63,520 nucleotides of DNA, filler included, from Stramenopiles sp. TOSAG23-3 (GCA_900128585.1; 37 parts of 37 records of this genome joined end to end with filler, not necessarily neighbours in it), one strand, 5' to 3'. Positions 1 through 12,368 are shown, counted from the whole stretch's first letter. The notes: generated from the letters alone by a model not told the origin. Numbers and translations: made by a program.

Positions 1-768
1 TTCTTTACCAATTCAATTTCCACGCATACATTACATAGTGTGATGCCTAAATAGTCCGCCCTGCTCTGCCCTAATAATAAAAAGAAGGGCAAAAAATAGT
101 GTCTAGTACGAGTATGTGATAGGTGATAGAGTAGTGACAGAGAGAAGAAAAAGAAGGAAGAAAGAGAAGAAGAGAAAAGAGAAGAAGCCCCCCCCGCGAA
201 AACCCGCGAAACGACAAAGACCTTTTTTTTAATTTGGTTACCTGTTTACCTTACCTGATAATATAATACCTACTCGTAGTCGTCTACCTCGTACGCGTTT
301 ATTGGATTCATTGAACTTGCTTCTTCTTCTTCTTCTTTCTTCTTTTTTTTTTGTAATTTTTTATTATTTAACACATCTCATACTATTACAGCAGTAGTAA
401 TATTAATAATAATAATAATTAAGAATAAATAAAAAAAGAAGAAGTGATTTTAAAAACAATTTTTTTATTATTAATAATTAGGACGGACTAGTCTATTATA
501 GTCTACACACAACATATTTTTTTTTTATTAATAATAAAAAAATAGGACTTCTTTTTTTATAAATAATAATAGACTATAAAAGAGAAATTTAAAACATCAT
601 ATATCAATCAACGAAATCAATCAATCACAGCAGTTGTGAATGTTTAATTTCATGATGTCGTTAAATTTCTCTTTCATGATATTTACCCCCATGTGTAATT
701 GTGTTCGTTTGAATCTGTTGCTGCATACAAAGTGGATTTTTCTTTTTTCTGTTTCTTTGTGAATAATA

Positions 769-1632
769 ATGGGTCTGGTTTCTGCGTGGGCGTTGGAGAA
801 TTTTTTTATTTGGTTGCCTACAATAGTAGGAACCTATGTTGCGCCGATGCCGAACGCGGACGATGGGTTTTTGGAAGTTTGGAAGTTTTTCTTTTTGAAT
901 GGTCTTTTTGTGATTGAGGGAGTCTTTTTGAGTCAGCATTTTCTATTGAGTACGTTTTACCCGAAGGCCCCACGATTCTCTCTGCTAGACTCTACGAAAG
1001 CCGAGCAAGGCATTGTTGACTTCTTCAAAGTTATGTTGCCGGCACAGTTCGGGGCATCCTGTGTTTTTGCGTACGTGACCCACTCGACGCTTCCGCGCGA
1101 ATCCGTGGTATCTATCGTAGAAATGTCCCAGATCCACGGGGTTCTGCCGAGGCCGTTACCGTTTTTGTTGCGCCTGTTCATCATGCGCATTGCTGTGGAC
1201 GTTTCTTTCTACTTGGTGCACTGGGCCCTGCACAGAAAACCCATATACAAAAGTGTTCACGCCGTGCACCACGAACACATTCATCCTACTATATGGACAA
1301 ATTACCACTTTACCATGTTGGACCTTGTTTTGGAGGGATTTTTACCTTTCGCAGTTGGGTTGATGGTTCTGGAAATGGCTGGATTTGTAAGCCCACTCAT
1401 AGAGACCAATGCCCTATTGGCCCACGTCATGTGGTACGAAATTGGCAGTCACTCTGGTTCAACGGCACCTGTGCTCAGTTTTTTGCCACCGCTTTCGCTC
1501 TTGTACCGTTCAATATTTGGAGACATCGACAAAGACAACGCTTACTTTCACCACTGTCATCATGTTTACAGACTCTGCAATTACGGCATCACACAATGGC
1601 TCGACATTTGTTTGGGGACAAAAAAGCTGGGA
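769..1632 (+). CDS. Fatty acid hydroxylase / sterol desaturase superfamily membrane protein (3' end at gap)
   Basis: His boxes HWALH, HAVHHEH, HHCHH, plus NYG motif and hydrophobic segments. Confidence 0.85.
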
Positions 1633-1732
1633 NNNNNNNNNNNNNNNNNNNNNNNNNNNNNNNNNNNNNNNNNNNNTTAATTAATTAANNNNNNNNNNNN
1701 NNNNNNNNNNNNNNNNNNNNNNNNNNNNNNNN
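1633..1732. other. Artificial contig linker N44-TTAATTAATTAA-N44 (first of 36 identical linkers)
   Basis: Identical 100-nt spacer with stops in all six frames every ~1.7 kb; contig lengths decrease monotonically. Confidence 0.99.
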
Positions 1733-2203
1733 TTTTTTAACTGCTTCTTCGGTTATTTATATAATAATTATAATATTTATTATAGTCGTCGTTCTAATAG
1801 ACTAAGAGCCACTAAGGTATTAAGAAGTATATTATACCAACTTGGAACCACAACAATGTAATTAATATATTATTTATTATATTATCACACGAAATTATTT
1901 CCATACTCAGTATATTTTTTATTGTTTCTTCGTACTCTATTACCACCTTTTCAGTGCTTATTATTAATGCCTGTTCCTTTCCTCATTTTGGTTTAGTGCT
2001 TGGTAAAGAGATTGGAAAGCGTGTTGGCCAATCTTTTTTGACATTTTTCCCAAAGTTGAGTTTATTGTTGGGGAAGAAACTAACTGCTTTATTAGAACTG
2101 CGAATCTACCGCACTGGTAGCGCTTCCCGCTCGGCACACCCTTCCGGAAAGAAAGGTTTTGATAGTTTCGATGTAAGAGGGTTACACTCTTTCACTACTG
2201 GCT

Positions 2204-2809
2204 ATGAAAAAAAATTTCAAAGACACCCTCAACGATGCCCAGCTATTCTTTGACCAGTCGAGCATTGAAGCCCACAGGGAAATGGCCCAAAGCGATAGGG
2301 GGGTGGAGCCAAAAAAACTACGCTCGACAGTTAGTTTTCCACTCCAAGCAAACAAACAAAGTATTTCAAAATCTGTATACAAGTACCAGAGGACATCCTT
2401 GTCGTTTCGTTTAGACAGGTCTCGTCCCCCTAGCATTTTGGTATCAAGCAAAGCTGGAAACGTTATTGAAGCACAGAGGTTAAAAGAATTTCAGGATCAC
2501 GAACGTAGATTGTTGCCAGAATATAAACCCCCGAAAGAGCCGTTTGACATTTTTTCGCCCACGAGCACTGTACAGCGAGTGGATCCTCTCAAGTTAGATA
2601 TGGCTGCTGGCGGGGCAAAAAAACAGGTCATGGAAGATCAACCGCAAGTAGATAGTAGCGCTCCACAAGAAACTCTTGAGGGAAATGTTTCAAAGGACAA
2701 TATCGTTGGGGCTACGGGTAAACTTGAAAATGGAAAGAGTAGTGGCGTGGTGGACAAATCGACGGGGGCGGGGGGGCGCGGAAAGAGCAACGTATGCTCC
2801 CTTTTGTGA
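2204..2809 (+). CDS. Hypothetical protein with C-terminal CaaX box (CSLL), probably prenylated
   Basis: 201-aa ORF with coding-like composition in AT-rich flanks; ends KSNVCSLL*. Confidence 0.6.
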   Translation: MKKNFKDTLNDAQLFFDQSSIEAHREMAQSDRGVEPKKLRSTVSFPLQANKQSISKSVYKYQRTSLSFRLDRSRPPSILVSSKAGNVIEAQRLKEFQDHERRLLPEYKPPKEPFDIFSPTSTVQRVDPLKLDMAAGGAKKQVMEDQPQVDSSAPQETLEGNVSKDNIVGATGKLENGKSSGVVDKSTGAGGRGKSNVCSLL

Positions 2810-2934
2810 AAATATGTAGGAATTAATTCTTAAGTACGAATTATTAAATATCTAGTGTGCATGTTGTTGTTTACACCATTTATGTAATAAGAATTAGACT
2901 ACAGAAATACGAACAAAAATATTTTAAAACTGTA

Positions 2935-3364
2935 CTATACGGAGGTGTAGTGCTTCAGTTTTTGCGCATCTTCTTTCAACGAGTTTTTTGCTGCCTTTAT
3001 CGTCTCTCCATCGAGTGAAGTCCCATCAATCATTTGCTGCTTCTTTTTTAGCAATAGATCCAAAAACTCCTGCTCTTCTTCGGACCTAATAAAGTCTAGG
3101 TCCTCTTCGATCACTCGGTTAATTTCTCTCAAAGAAAGTTTATCGAGAGTGGCATTTAACGCGAATAACCTTTCTTCTTTCGAAGAGTATGTTAGAGATT
3201 TTAGGACGGTCTTTATGATGGAACCTTCACCTGCTATGAGCCCCAAAGGGCACTTCAAATGCATTGCGTTCAGCGACGTTGGCGGAAAAACCATCAAGAC
3301 TGCATCGTCTCCAGAGCAAGTGTAGTGGCGGGCAACGTCCGATGCACTCGCATAGTGATACGTA
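2935..3364 (-). CDS. Hypothetical protein, 3' fragment
   Basis: Frame open from the contig end to TAG; convergent with the upstream gene. Confidence 0.5.
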
Positions 3365-3464
3365 NNNNNNNNNNNNNNNNNNNNNNNNNNNNNNNNNNNN
3401 NNNNNNNNTTAATTAATTAANNNNNNNNNNNNNNNNNNNNNNNNNNNNNNNNNNNNNNNNNNNN

Positions 3465-4781
3465 GGGTGCGAGAGTTCCTCGAACTGGAAGCAATTGCGT
3501 GCTTTTCCTGCAAAGGTGTACGCTGACTTCACTGAAAATTGGCAAGAGTTTACTGCGCGCATCCCCGCACACGCAATGACGGCCAACACCCGCATTCGTT
3601 TCTACCAAAAAGCGCACACGTGCTATTGCTGCAACGTCTTCGCACTCAACAACATCAAGGTTACCACGGGCGGCTGGCCTGTGCGCATCATTGCGGACAA
3701 GAAATTTACCCTTTACGCAGACGGCGAAGAATTGGGGAGTGGAGAATGGTACGAAGCCTCCAAAGACACTTACCGGTACCGTGTTGACCCAAAGACGAAA
3801 GTGTTTGCGGTCAAAATTGAAGGTGCTGACGAGGGGCGTATGGGAGTTGTCGGAAGCTTCGGCGACTCTCTTGTGACTAGTTCGTCCTGGAAATGTAAAT
3901 CGGGTCTATCTATCAAAGAAATCGCAGAATTTGCCCACCCTGACTTTGACGATTCTCAATGGCCATCTGCCTTTGAACAAGGACAAAACGGTATGCTACC
4001 GTGGGGCGCACGTCCCGGCATTGCCAAAAGTGCTTTCTGGATATTTACCTCCGATGCGTACAAAACGAAGAGTGAGACGGCATACTGCCGTGTAAGCACA
4101 AACAAGGCCTGGCACAGTTACGACAAGGAACATTTGGCAGCCAGCCGATGGTCGTGCAAGAGCATGCAGGAGCGCCAGTCTCCGTACGTCATCCCGCTAG
4201 ACGGCGACAAGATGTCCATGGTCAACGTCGCCAACGGTGAGGACGCGCAGACCCACTTCTCTGCCAAGGCAACAGAGAGTACCAGTAGGAAAGGATGGGC
4301 GGAAAATGTCATTTTGCTTCGCTTAAAAGTAAAAAAAATAATGGAAAAGACCGTCGTTGGGGAAATGATCAAACAGGCAAATTTGCGCCTGTACGTAACG
4401 GATGCCACGAAAAGAGATTTCCAAGTTTGCCGTAACTTGAATGAATACTCAGCTGCCTCTGTCACGTTTGACACCCGCCCAAGAGTCCAAAAGAATGATT
4501 GCTTGACGGTCAAGGCAGACAAGCCAAACACTTGGGCAAACATTGATATCAGTGAATGGATCCGAGAATGGGTAACTGATCCGGCCAAGCACAACTTCGG
4601 TATTGTTATTGAAGGCCAAAGTCGTGACTTTGCAACCTTTGCTACCCACTTGGACAAGGATTCCAACAAGCGCCCAAGACTTAGTTTGTCTTGCCATGGC
4701 GATCGTGTGGCATCTGAAGCTGTATTTAAAGAAAGTAAGGTTGAACTGAAAAGCCAACAGTCCGTCCATAGGCGTAAGTAA
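3465..4781 (+). CDS. Carbohydrate-binding protein: lectin/galactose-binding-like domain plus DNRLRE/CBM96-like domain (5' partial)
   Basis: SWKC..PDFDDSQWPSA..NG.LPWG.RPGI..AFWI motif; C-terminal ANLRLYV..W..IDISEWIREW..NFGIVI..RPRL. Confidence 0.6.
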   Translation, partial: GCESSSNWKQLRAFPAKVYADFTENWQEFTARIPAHAMTANTRIRFYQKAHTCYCCNVFALNNIKVTTGGWPVRIIADKKFTLYADGEELGSGEWYEASKDTYRYRVDPKTKVFAVKIEGADEGRMGVVGSFGDSLVTSSSWKCKSGLSIKEIAEFAHPDFDDSQWPSAFEQGQNGMLPWGARPGIAKSAFWIFTSDAYKTKSETAYCRVSTNKAWHSYDKEHLAASRWSCKSMQERQSPYVIPLDGDKMSMVNVANGEDAQTHFSAKATESTSRKGWAENVILLRLKVKKIMEKTVVGEMIKQANLRLYVTDATKRDFQVCRNLNEYSAASVTFDTRPRVQKNDCLTVKADKPNTWANIDISEWIREWVTDPAKHNFGIVIEGQSRDFATFATHLDKDSNKRPRLSLSCHGDRVASEAVFKESKVELKSQQSVHRRK

Positions 4782-4973
4782 ACCACTTGTAAAGCGGGAG
4801 AGTACGGGAGTAACTCGCGCTGAGAGAATCAATTTCTCCGCACAACAATTAGTGTCACTCTAAAAAGTAAATATTTGAGTATAAAAAACTTTTTTAACAA
4901 AAATATTGGCTGCTAATATCCTATTTAGGAGGTATTCAAAGACGTTTTAAGGAAGAAAGGGGGGTGTAGTTCA

Positions 4974-5095
4974 TTAAAAACAAGAAAATTGGCTGTTATT
5001 TTATAGTAATTAAAATAATATATAAAAAGAAAAAAGAAGGTGTCAGTTCAAGAACAATATCTCCTCCTATTGCAGATCCTCCCCAAGTTCTGGTC
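4974..5095 (+). mobile_element. MITE-like repeat, family A copy (truncated at contig end)
   Basis: TTAAAAAACAAGAAAATTGGCTGTTATT followed by an internal sequence shared with 15363-15465 (reverse) and 35703-35850. Confidence 0.7.
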
Positions 5096-5493
5096 NNNNN
5101 NNNNNNNNNNNNNNNNNNNNNNNNNNNNNNNNNNNNNNNTTAATTAATTAANNNNNNNNNNNNNNNNNNNNNNNNNNNNNNNNNNNNNNNNNNNNCCAAG
5201 AAGCATCGCTTCAGCTCCAAAGGCGAAAGCCTAACTGCACACCCTACTCCCAACACCAAACATTCACCTCATCCTCTACCTCTGCTGGTACTTCTTCTTC
5301 TTTTTTTTTTTTCTCCCTTTTTTCTCCCTTTTTTTTCTTCTCGTTAGTTTTTTTGTCTTGCTTTGTTGAAACTTGACAAAACGTGTGGGTAAAACCACTC
5401 GTTGAAACTCAAACTTTCGAGCATTGTGGGCACAAGAGATCTGTCCCAGGCATTAAGCAGTTGTATTGTCATTTTTCGTGTCGAGGTGGTATT

Positions 5494-6009
5494 ATGTTTT
5501 TGACGAGACTTGTACGAGTAGAAACGCAGCGTTCGGCCGTTGGAAGGCAGCGTTGGTTTTCCTCCTCTGCCTCCAACAGCAAGTGGGGGTCGTTGAACTC
5601 TTCCAAGAAACGCCCAAGGGCAGGCTCTGCTGAAGCCAAAGGCCCGAGGCAGCGCCTTATTAATATAGACGATTTTCGTAAAACCGTAGACTCTTTCTAC
5701 AATAAAGTAGATGAAGGAGTGGCCCCTATGTCGAAAATTAATGCGAACATGGCAACCGATCGTTCCCGAGAGGAAGACGGCGTTTTCGTTATCAATTTAG
5801 GGGACGAGAGCGAGTTAGGAGCAAGTTTATCATTTCAGGTCGACACGGAGTTGAGGCAGCTGAATTATTTCTCCCCCGTATCTGGCAAGTTGAGGTACCA
5901 TTTTTGTGGTGAAACTGGCACTTTTCGGTCCGTAGAGGACGACCACGATGTCGTGGGCATTCTGACCCGTGACCTTATGCGGGCTGTGAAGGGTGCGCCT
6001 ATGTTTTAA
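5494..6009 (+). CDS. Frataxin/CyaY-like mitochondrial protein
   Basis: Arg/Ser-rich transit peptide; DGVFVINLG..QLNYFSPVSG..Y..W/F..LTRDL frataxin-like core. Confidence 0.7.
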   Translation: MFLTRLVRVETQRSAVGRQRWFSSSASNSKWGSLNSSKKRPRAGSAEAKGPRQRLINIDDFRKTVDSFYNKVDEGVAPMSKINANMATDRSREEDGVFVINLGDESELGASLSFQVDTELRQLNYFSPVSGKLRYHFCGETGTFRSVEDDHDVVGILTRDLMRAVKGAPMF

Positions 6010-6362
6010 TAAATGTTGTTGTATGTTGTGGGTGGTGATGGGTCGGCGGCGGTAAGATGGATGTTTCTTATTAAAACGGTAGCCTGAAGGCCCCCTTGGT
6101 GTACTGCGTGTTCGGCAGCGCAGTCGTCGTCGTATTTGTAATTTTGCTGTTCTTGCAAACTGTCAATAACACGCACATTTTATATATGTGCATACTATAT
6201 CATTAGTTTTTTTAAATAATAAAAGCAAGAAAATTGGCTGTTATTTAAGTATTATAATCAAATTTAGCTTCCTCGTATTTATCATCATATCAATTATTAA
6301 AACAAGAAGAAAATTGGCTGTTGTTATTATTTAATATCAATTTATTGAAATCTTTAAATAGT

Positions 6363-6825
6363 TTAACTAAATTTGGCTGCGATTAGGTATGAAAGCCCCC
6401 CTACCGTCAGCGCAAATCCCATCATCAGCTGCATGGACCGGTTCCATGAATTTTGCTCGTGCTGGTCCCGGAGCATTTTCTCCAACGCTTCTAACCGCCC
6501 GTCGTTCGCTTCTTGGTTCGATCGAACGAGGTCTATAACTTCTTGGAACCGGGTGCTCAACGTCCTGGCCATCTTCTTCATGTCAGGCCCACCCCCCCCG
6601 ATGCTCTCTGCACGACTTCTCCCTTTTCCGGGACTGGCGAACAGGTTTTTGTCCCCTATCTTTTCGTTTTTCGTTTCGTCCTGCCAGTAATCTAGCTCCT
6701 TCATTTTCCCCGTAAGGGTGTCTTCGTCGCCAAGGTTTTTCCTTTTCTTCATGAGCCAGCGCGAGAGGGCATCGGCCCTCTCTAAAAAGTTTGCTCGGAA
6801 GGCCTGCTTCATCGTCTCCCGGCGG
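6363..6825 (-). CDS. Coiled-coil tail-anchored membrane protein, 3' fragment
   Basis: Open frame ending in a coiled coil and a C-terminal hydrophobic helix (LMMGFALTVGGLSYLIA). Confidence 0.55.
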
Positions 6826-6970
6826 NNNNNNNNNNNNNNNNNNNNNNNNNNNNNNNNNNNNNNNNNNNNTTAATTAATTAANNNNNNNNNNNNNNNNNNN
6901 NNNNNNNNNNNNNNNNNNNNNNNNNTATTATATACATACTTCTAATTCAAGTATGAATTCAATATAAATT

Positions 6971-8320
6971 TCACATTGAATTACTCCACCGTAAGATGTA
7001 GTACGGCGATTTTTGTCTGTACCAATCCTTTCCTTTCCCGCTGAATTTGTAATGGAGGGCGCTGTTGGTTACGTACATATGTTTCTTGCCCCAATCGTAA
7101 CTGAACCCATCGGGCCAGCGCAGTTTTGCAGGGTCTCGAAAGAGCAAGCTCAACGTACGGTTCTTGGCGTTGATCTGGACTATGCTGCTGTGTTCAAAAG
7201 CTGTTACAAATATGTTGTCATTTTCGTCCATGATGATCCCGTCGGACATCGGCTTGTTGTCGATGTACACTTCCAAGTGCTTTTCAAATTCCAGGTGATC
7301 GTCCTCTAATATTCTCTGTCTCCCGTGCAAAACGTTCGTCGGAATTCGATATAGCATGCGGCCAGTTACTGGGCCAAAATAAAGGAATTCACCTCTGCTA
7401 TCTATCGCCACACTGTCGACGCCAATCCGCATCGTGAAAAGCCCCAGTAACCGCTGAGGGTAGACACCCGTGCTGTCTTTCACTGACATACTAATCCCAT
7501 TATCTGGAAGCATCGATGGGTGCCCGTGAAGCACCCTTCTCGATTTTTGCGTTGGAACATGAAAAATGATCAGCCCGGGCCGTGAAATTCCCAATATGCT
7601 ACCGATAAACCCCGTGTCGACAATGTAAATGTACTGCCCGTCTGGCGATATCTGCATGTCGTTCAAAAAGGATCCGCGAGGCGCAACATGCAGTGGAAAA
7701 TTGTACTTGAAACCAAACTTGTCGTGTCGAAATTTTCCTAGTCGAAACATGACCAGCGCTGCCTGCGATCCTGGGGCCAAGACGTGGTTGTTGAAATCCA
7801 ACAGATACAGACGATTTCGTATATCTATGCGAAGCGATAAGACCGTGTTCACGTGCTCCGACGAAACGTGGTCAACCCAACTAGAGCAGAACGCTTTTTT
7901 TCCTTCGGGAAAGCAATGGCCTATTTTGGCCCCAGATGGGTGGGTGTACTCGGGGTGAAAATTGAAAAATATTTGCCCATCCACGGGAGAAACTGCAATG
8001 TTTCCGGGGGGTATTGATAGCTTTAATACGGTCTGAAGGTCTGCGTTTGGGTGCAGCGGCGTCTGCGTAAAGAGGGACTGTTGAAACGAGTCACCAGAGA
8101 CACCAAAGAAATATAGTAACCGCAGAATCACTGCAAGAATTAAGCATAATAGCAAAATGAATGCACGCTTGAAACACAAACACGCACAACCATACCAGCC
8201 TTGTTTTGGGTTTGTGTGAGCGAGGTCAGGAAAGTTCGCAGATGGCTCACCCAACGGACGCCTTCTGTCCCGACTCTCGTCACCCCCCTGCCCGCGGCGA
8301 CGCAGACCTTTCTCTGCCAT
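6971..8320 (-). CDS. Yellow/major royal jelly protein-like beta-propeller with N-terminal TM anchor
   Basis: PGNIAVS, VLSLRID..RLYLLD, FLND..YIVDTG, GVDSVAID, SDGI..D, WPDGF motifs. Confidence 0.8.
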   Translation of the reverse strand: MAEKGLRRRGQGGDESRDRRRPLGEPSANFPDLAHTNPKQGWYGCACLCFKRAFILLLCLILAVILRLLYFFGVSGDSFQQSLFTQTPLHPNADLQTVLKLSIPPGNIAVSPVDGQIFFNFHPEYTHPSGAKIGHCFPEGKKAFCSSWVDHVSSEHVNTVLSLRIDIRNRLYLLDFNNHVLAPGSQAALVMFRLGKFRHDKFGFKYNFPLHVAPRGSFLNDMQISPDGQYIYIVDTGFIGSILGISRPGLIIFHVPTQKSRRVLHGHPSMLPDNGISMSVKDSTGVYPQRLLGLFTMRIGVDSVAIDSRGEFLYFGPVTGRMLYRIPTNVLHGRQRILEDDHLEFEKHLEVYIDNKPMSDGIIMDENDNIFVTAFEHSSIVQINAKNRTLSLLFRDPAKLRWPDGFSYDWGKKHMYVTNSALHYKFSGKGKDWYRQKSPYYILRWSNSM

Positions 8321-8655
8321 GTTTGCTACGGCCAGGCCGTCGCTCTGCTCGGTTCAAGATTGAATAATTTATATGTAGGTGTGTATACGCTAGATTTATG
8401 ATAGCCAGTGCATGAAAATGGGTACTTTGGTTCACTAAAGTTGTCTGAATGATATTGATGTTCCGTGTAGTGTTCGAATTCGTAGGATTTTGAAATTGTT
8501 TTTTATTTGTATTAATTATTTATTCGTCATTTATTCGTATTAATATTATTTATTANNNNNNNNNNNNNNNNNNNNNNNNNNNNNNNNNNNNNNNNNNNNT
8601 TAATTAATTAANNNNNNNNNNNNNNNNNNNNNNNNNNNNNNNNNNNNNNNNNNNN

Positions 8656-10281
8656 CATCAGCACTGCTGCCGCTTCCTGGTCGAATGACCGCGCCACCGG
8701 CTGCGAGTTCTGCGTGTCTCCATGCCACGGGCCTCCTAATGTGGTCACTCTCATGCGATACGCCCCACTGGAGTGCTGGTAAGTTGTGACAAACTGTATA
8801 TGGTGGCACTTCCCGGCGGGAAGTGGGTTGTCTTCTTTGTTTACAATTTCAAAGTAAAAACCGATGGTGGTGGACGGGGAAATGCCCCCCATGGCCCAGG
8901 CGTATGTGCTTCCTTGCCCCACTTCGTTTTCGCTGACACTGTTGCTCATCTTTTTCAAGGACGTGCATGGCCCCACTGCCCCACACACTTTAAACTCCCT
9001 GCTCGTAAGACATTCGATTGTCGCGGCAAAACCCATCTCCAAGTGCCCACGATCACATTCCGGCGACGAGTCGGGGTGGCGGCGGAAAACGCGCTGGAAA
9101 CTTTCCTTGAACACAGATTGCCCAAAATTATCTGCTAACACTACGAGTCCTCCCGTCTTCTCCACACACCGTTTCATTTCCAGCAGCCCTACTTGGTCCA
9201 GCGACATCGCAAAAATGTCGATCACGTGCGAGTTTTTGACGCACCTTGCGGCCAAACTTTCGTAGTGTTCGCAGGCACTGTCGTACAACGGGGCATTGTT
9301 GCGGATAAGATCATGGTGCGAGCGCATGGTTTCTGTCAGCTCCGTTGCGACAATGCGCCCAGGCCCTGAGGTGCAAGGGCCGCCAACAAAGGTCATGATG
9401 CGGGCGCCACTATGCGGCACGGCGGTCTCGAGCAGCCCTACTGCTACCGACATTGCTGTTCCCGTCGCCCTGTTGGGACGGTGGCCCTGTTTTACTGGCC
9501 ACGGATCACGGGACAAGTCGTCCAAAACACTTTCTAGGGAAAAGCCGCATTCAGAGACCGGGACCAAAAAACGCCCAATTGCACTCTGGTCTGCAGTCGG
9601 GCCGCTGCTCCCGCTCTGGCCATAGGACTGGGAGTGAACGGAGGGTCCACCTGGGCGAATTCCGAGGAGCGCGCTCACTTTGGATGCCTCCGGGGCCTTG
9701 TTCCCACGAAATACAAACGATTTAGGACACTCCGTGTAGCCGAGTTCATGCAGTTGTACGTTCGTGCCAAAGGTAACAAGTCCCACCAGCGCTTCGTCGG
9801 GCAGCAAATTTAAACACTGCTGAAGAGAGTCTTTCAACTCTTCTAACGCCTCTTCGTCAAGGCAACAATCAACCACGAACAGAAATACGGGAGGCCCCGC
9901 ACGACGGTTGGGAAGTTCGTACTCAAGGGTGGTGTATTGCGGAATAAGTTCCGCGGGCAAATTTTGCTCTGACAAGTGCTCAGCATATTGTGGCGGGAAG
10001 TGGTTCCTGGTCAAGCAAAAAGGGCAAGTCCAAAGTTTTGAACGGAAGTCAACTTGGCACCACGGGTTCAATATTGCCCCGCAGTTGGAGTTCTTGCACC
10101 GTACAGGATCGTACTGCACGGCGGCGAGTGCGTACTGTGGGTGTTGGACCTTCAACGGGGTCAACAAGCACCCCACAGGGACTACAATACGCGTGGCTTC
10201 CAGCCGGGAGGATGGCCACATATTCCAGGAGAAGCGTACGCCGTCTCTATCCTCAGCCCCCATAAAATCCCATCCGGACAT
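8656..10281 (-). CDS. SEC23: COPII coat subunit Sec23 (3' partial)
   Basis: DGVRFSWNMWPSSRLEATRIVVP, zinc finger, PAELIPQYTTLEY, trunk domain, FDQEAAAVLM. Confidence 0.98.
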
Positions 10282-10385
10282 ATTTNNNNNNNNNNNNNNN
10301 NNNNNNNNNNNNNNNNNNNNNNNNNNNNNTTAATTAATTAANNNNNNNNNNNNNNNNNNNNNNNNNNNNNNNNNNNNNNNNNNNN

Positions 10386-10386
10386 T

Positions 10387-10460
<74 letters not shown>
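10386..10460. repeat. (TTTC)n microsatellite; (GAAA)n also at 11970-12015 and 32600-32667
   Basis: Read directly from the sequence. Confidence 0.95.
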
Positions 10461-10461
<1 letters not shown>

Positions 10462-10957
10462 CTTTCTTCTTCTTTTGATGATGGATGAGCTCCGCAGAAC
10501 GATTGAAATAAAATGAAAGACGCAGAACGCAGAACCACACAGCAAAGAGATAGACATCCATCTCTATTACATATATAATTATAGTCTAATTATTTAAATA
10601 AATACACATATGCATAGAAGATCATAATGCCTATCAAACTGAAAGAAATTTACATTTTAAATACGAAGTCTACCAATTATAAGGAGTTGTTATTATTATA
10701 AGTAAAATTAATATTAAATTTGAAGTAATTCTATTTATTTGTAAATCATCATATCATGAGATGCACATGCATGATGTGTGGTGTGTGTGTGTTGTTGTTG
10801 TTTTATTTAAACGAATTTTGCATATTCTTGAATAAATCTGTACATTAGAACGACTATTTTGTATTTTGTATTTGTTTGGAATGTGTTCCAGTTTTTTTAT
10901 TGAAATGATTCAATAGAATTTATTGCGCCGATTGTTTGCTAGTTTAAACATACTAGT

Positions 10958-11842
10958 ATGTGGACCATTTATTTCTTTGTTGGGTGCTTTTTCCTTTACA
11001 CTGATTGGGCCTATGGGGTGTCTCCGGCTTCGAGGAGGGTGAACCGGGACCAGGTGTACGCGTCGTTCCCGGCCGATGAAAAGGCAAGGAAAACATCGGA
11101 AAACATAGAGAGTGAGTTCAAACCATTTCCTTGCACATCGAAAATATCGCACGATGACATGGTGATGTACAAGTTTCCGAGTTTCAAAAACAGCGAAATT
11201 ATTGGCGTGAGCCAAGTGGGAGTCACGCCATACCTGTTGACTGCCTCTTGGAACTCGGAAAATGGGGAATTTATTATCGATTGTCAGGGCGATCAGTCGT
11301 CGTTTTTGTGTACAAAACTTTTGACGAACCCGACCTGCATCAAAAGTCCAGATGAATTCTGTGTCAAGCTCCGAGAGGCGGACACGGGCGTCAAGTCCTG
11401 GCTGACCATTACAATCCAAACCAAACAGACTCTGATGCCGTTTGACAAGTACAAATCGGTATTTAAAACGACGCAGTGCCCGAAACCAGGGTACCACAAA
11501 GCTGCCATTTTAGAGTTTGTCACGCCCCATAATCCAGGGGTTTGTGGGCCGTTCGACCAGTACAAATTTAAAGTAGAAAAAACCGACGGATGCAATGCAC
11601 AAGGAGGAAACATGTGGTACCTTCACCGCCAGGATTACGACGATTCGTCGGCAGCCACAAAATCAGAGTTTGACCAAGAATCTAGCAAAGCGAAAACTGT
11701 CGCTGAGCTTGAACGGGTCGAAGCCGCCGAACAGCAAGTTGGTGGGGAAAAAATTGATGCAATGCGGCGGCGAAGAAGTCTTTTGGGAGACGGAACCAAC
11801 TCGCCTTCTTCGAAAGCGACAAAAGTATGGCAAGACTGTTGA
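10958..11842 (+). CDS. Secreted Cys-containing hypothetical protein
   Basis: 294-aa ORF with a hydrophobic N-terminus and an RRRRSLL basic site near the C-terminus. Confidence 0.65.
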   Translation: MWTIYFFVGCFFLYTDWAYGVSPASRRVNRDQVYASFPADEKARKTSENIESEFKPFPCTSKISHDDMVMYKFPSFKNSEIIGVSQVGVTPYLLTASWNSENGEFIIDCQGDQSSFLCTKLLTNPTCIKSPDEFCVKLREADTGVKSWLTITIQTKQTLMPFDKYKSVFKTTQCPKPGYHKAAILEFVTPHNPGVCGPFDQYKFKVEKTDGCNAQGGNMWYLHRQDYDDSSAATKSEFDQESSKAKTVAELERVEAAEQQVGGEKIDAMRRRRSLLGDGTNSPSSKATKVWQDC

Positions 11843-11971
11843 GAAAAACCCGCGTGTGTTGTTCCTTGTAGTAATATACGTATGTTATTATACTTTTATT
11901 TATTATTAAATAATAATAGGACAAAATTGTACTTATGTGTATTCTCTGTGATCTGTGAAGAAAAAAAATGA

Positions 11972-12015
<44 letters not shown>

Positions 12016-12368
12016 NNNNNNNNNNNNNNNNNNNNNNNNNNNNNNNNNNNNNNNNNNNNTTAATTAATTAANNNNNNNNNNNNNNNNNNNNNNNNNNNNN
12101 NNNNNNNNNNNNNNNAATCTAGATTTAGACATTCTAGGTTTACATTCCTTCATGAACTGCGAACTTATCTTTGCTCTTTTGGTTTTACTAAAATTGATAT
12201 ACCCTTGTCACTTAGTCTTGACTATCATTCTCAGATGTATGATAACATACTTCATTTATGATCTGGGGAAATAAATTATGAGTATTAAAACAAGAAAATT
12301 GGCTGTTATTTAATTATGAGTATAAAAAAATATCTAGATATTGGGGCAAATTCAGTAATATAATTTGC

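Noticed and set aside
6103-6125. Hairpin ACTGCG..CGCAGT downstream of the frataxin-like gene as an iron-responsive element
   Set aside because: Lacks the CAGUGN loop; a single short stem is weak evidence
10330-10561. K/E/R-rich ORFs here and at 13592, 17301, 32427, 49879
   Set aside because: Translations of (GAAA)n/(GAA)n microsatellites running into N gaps
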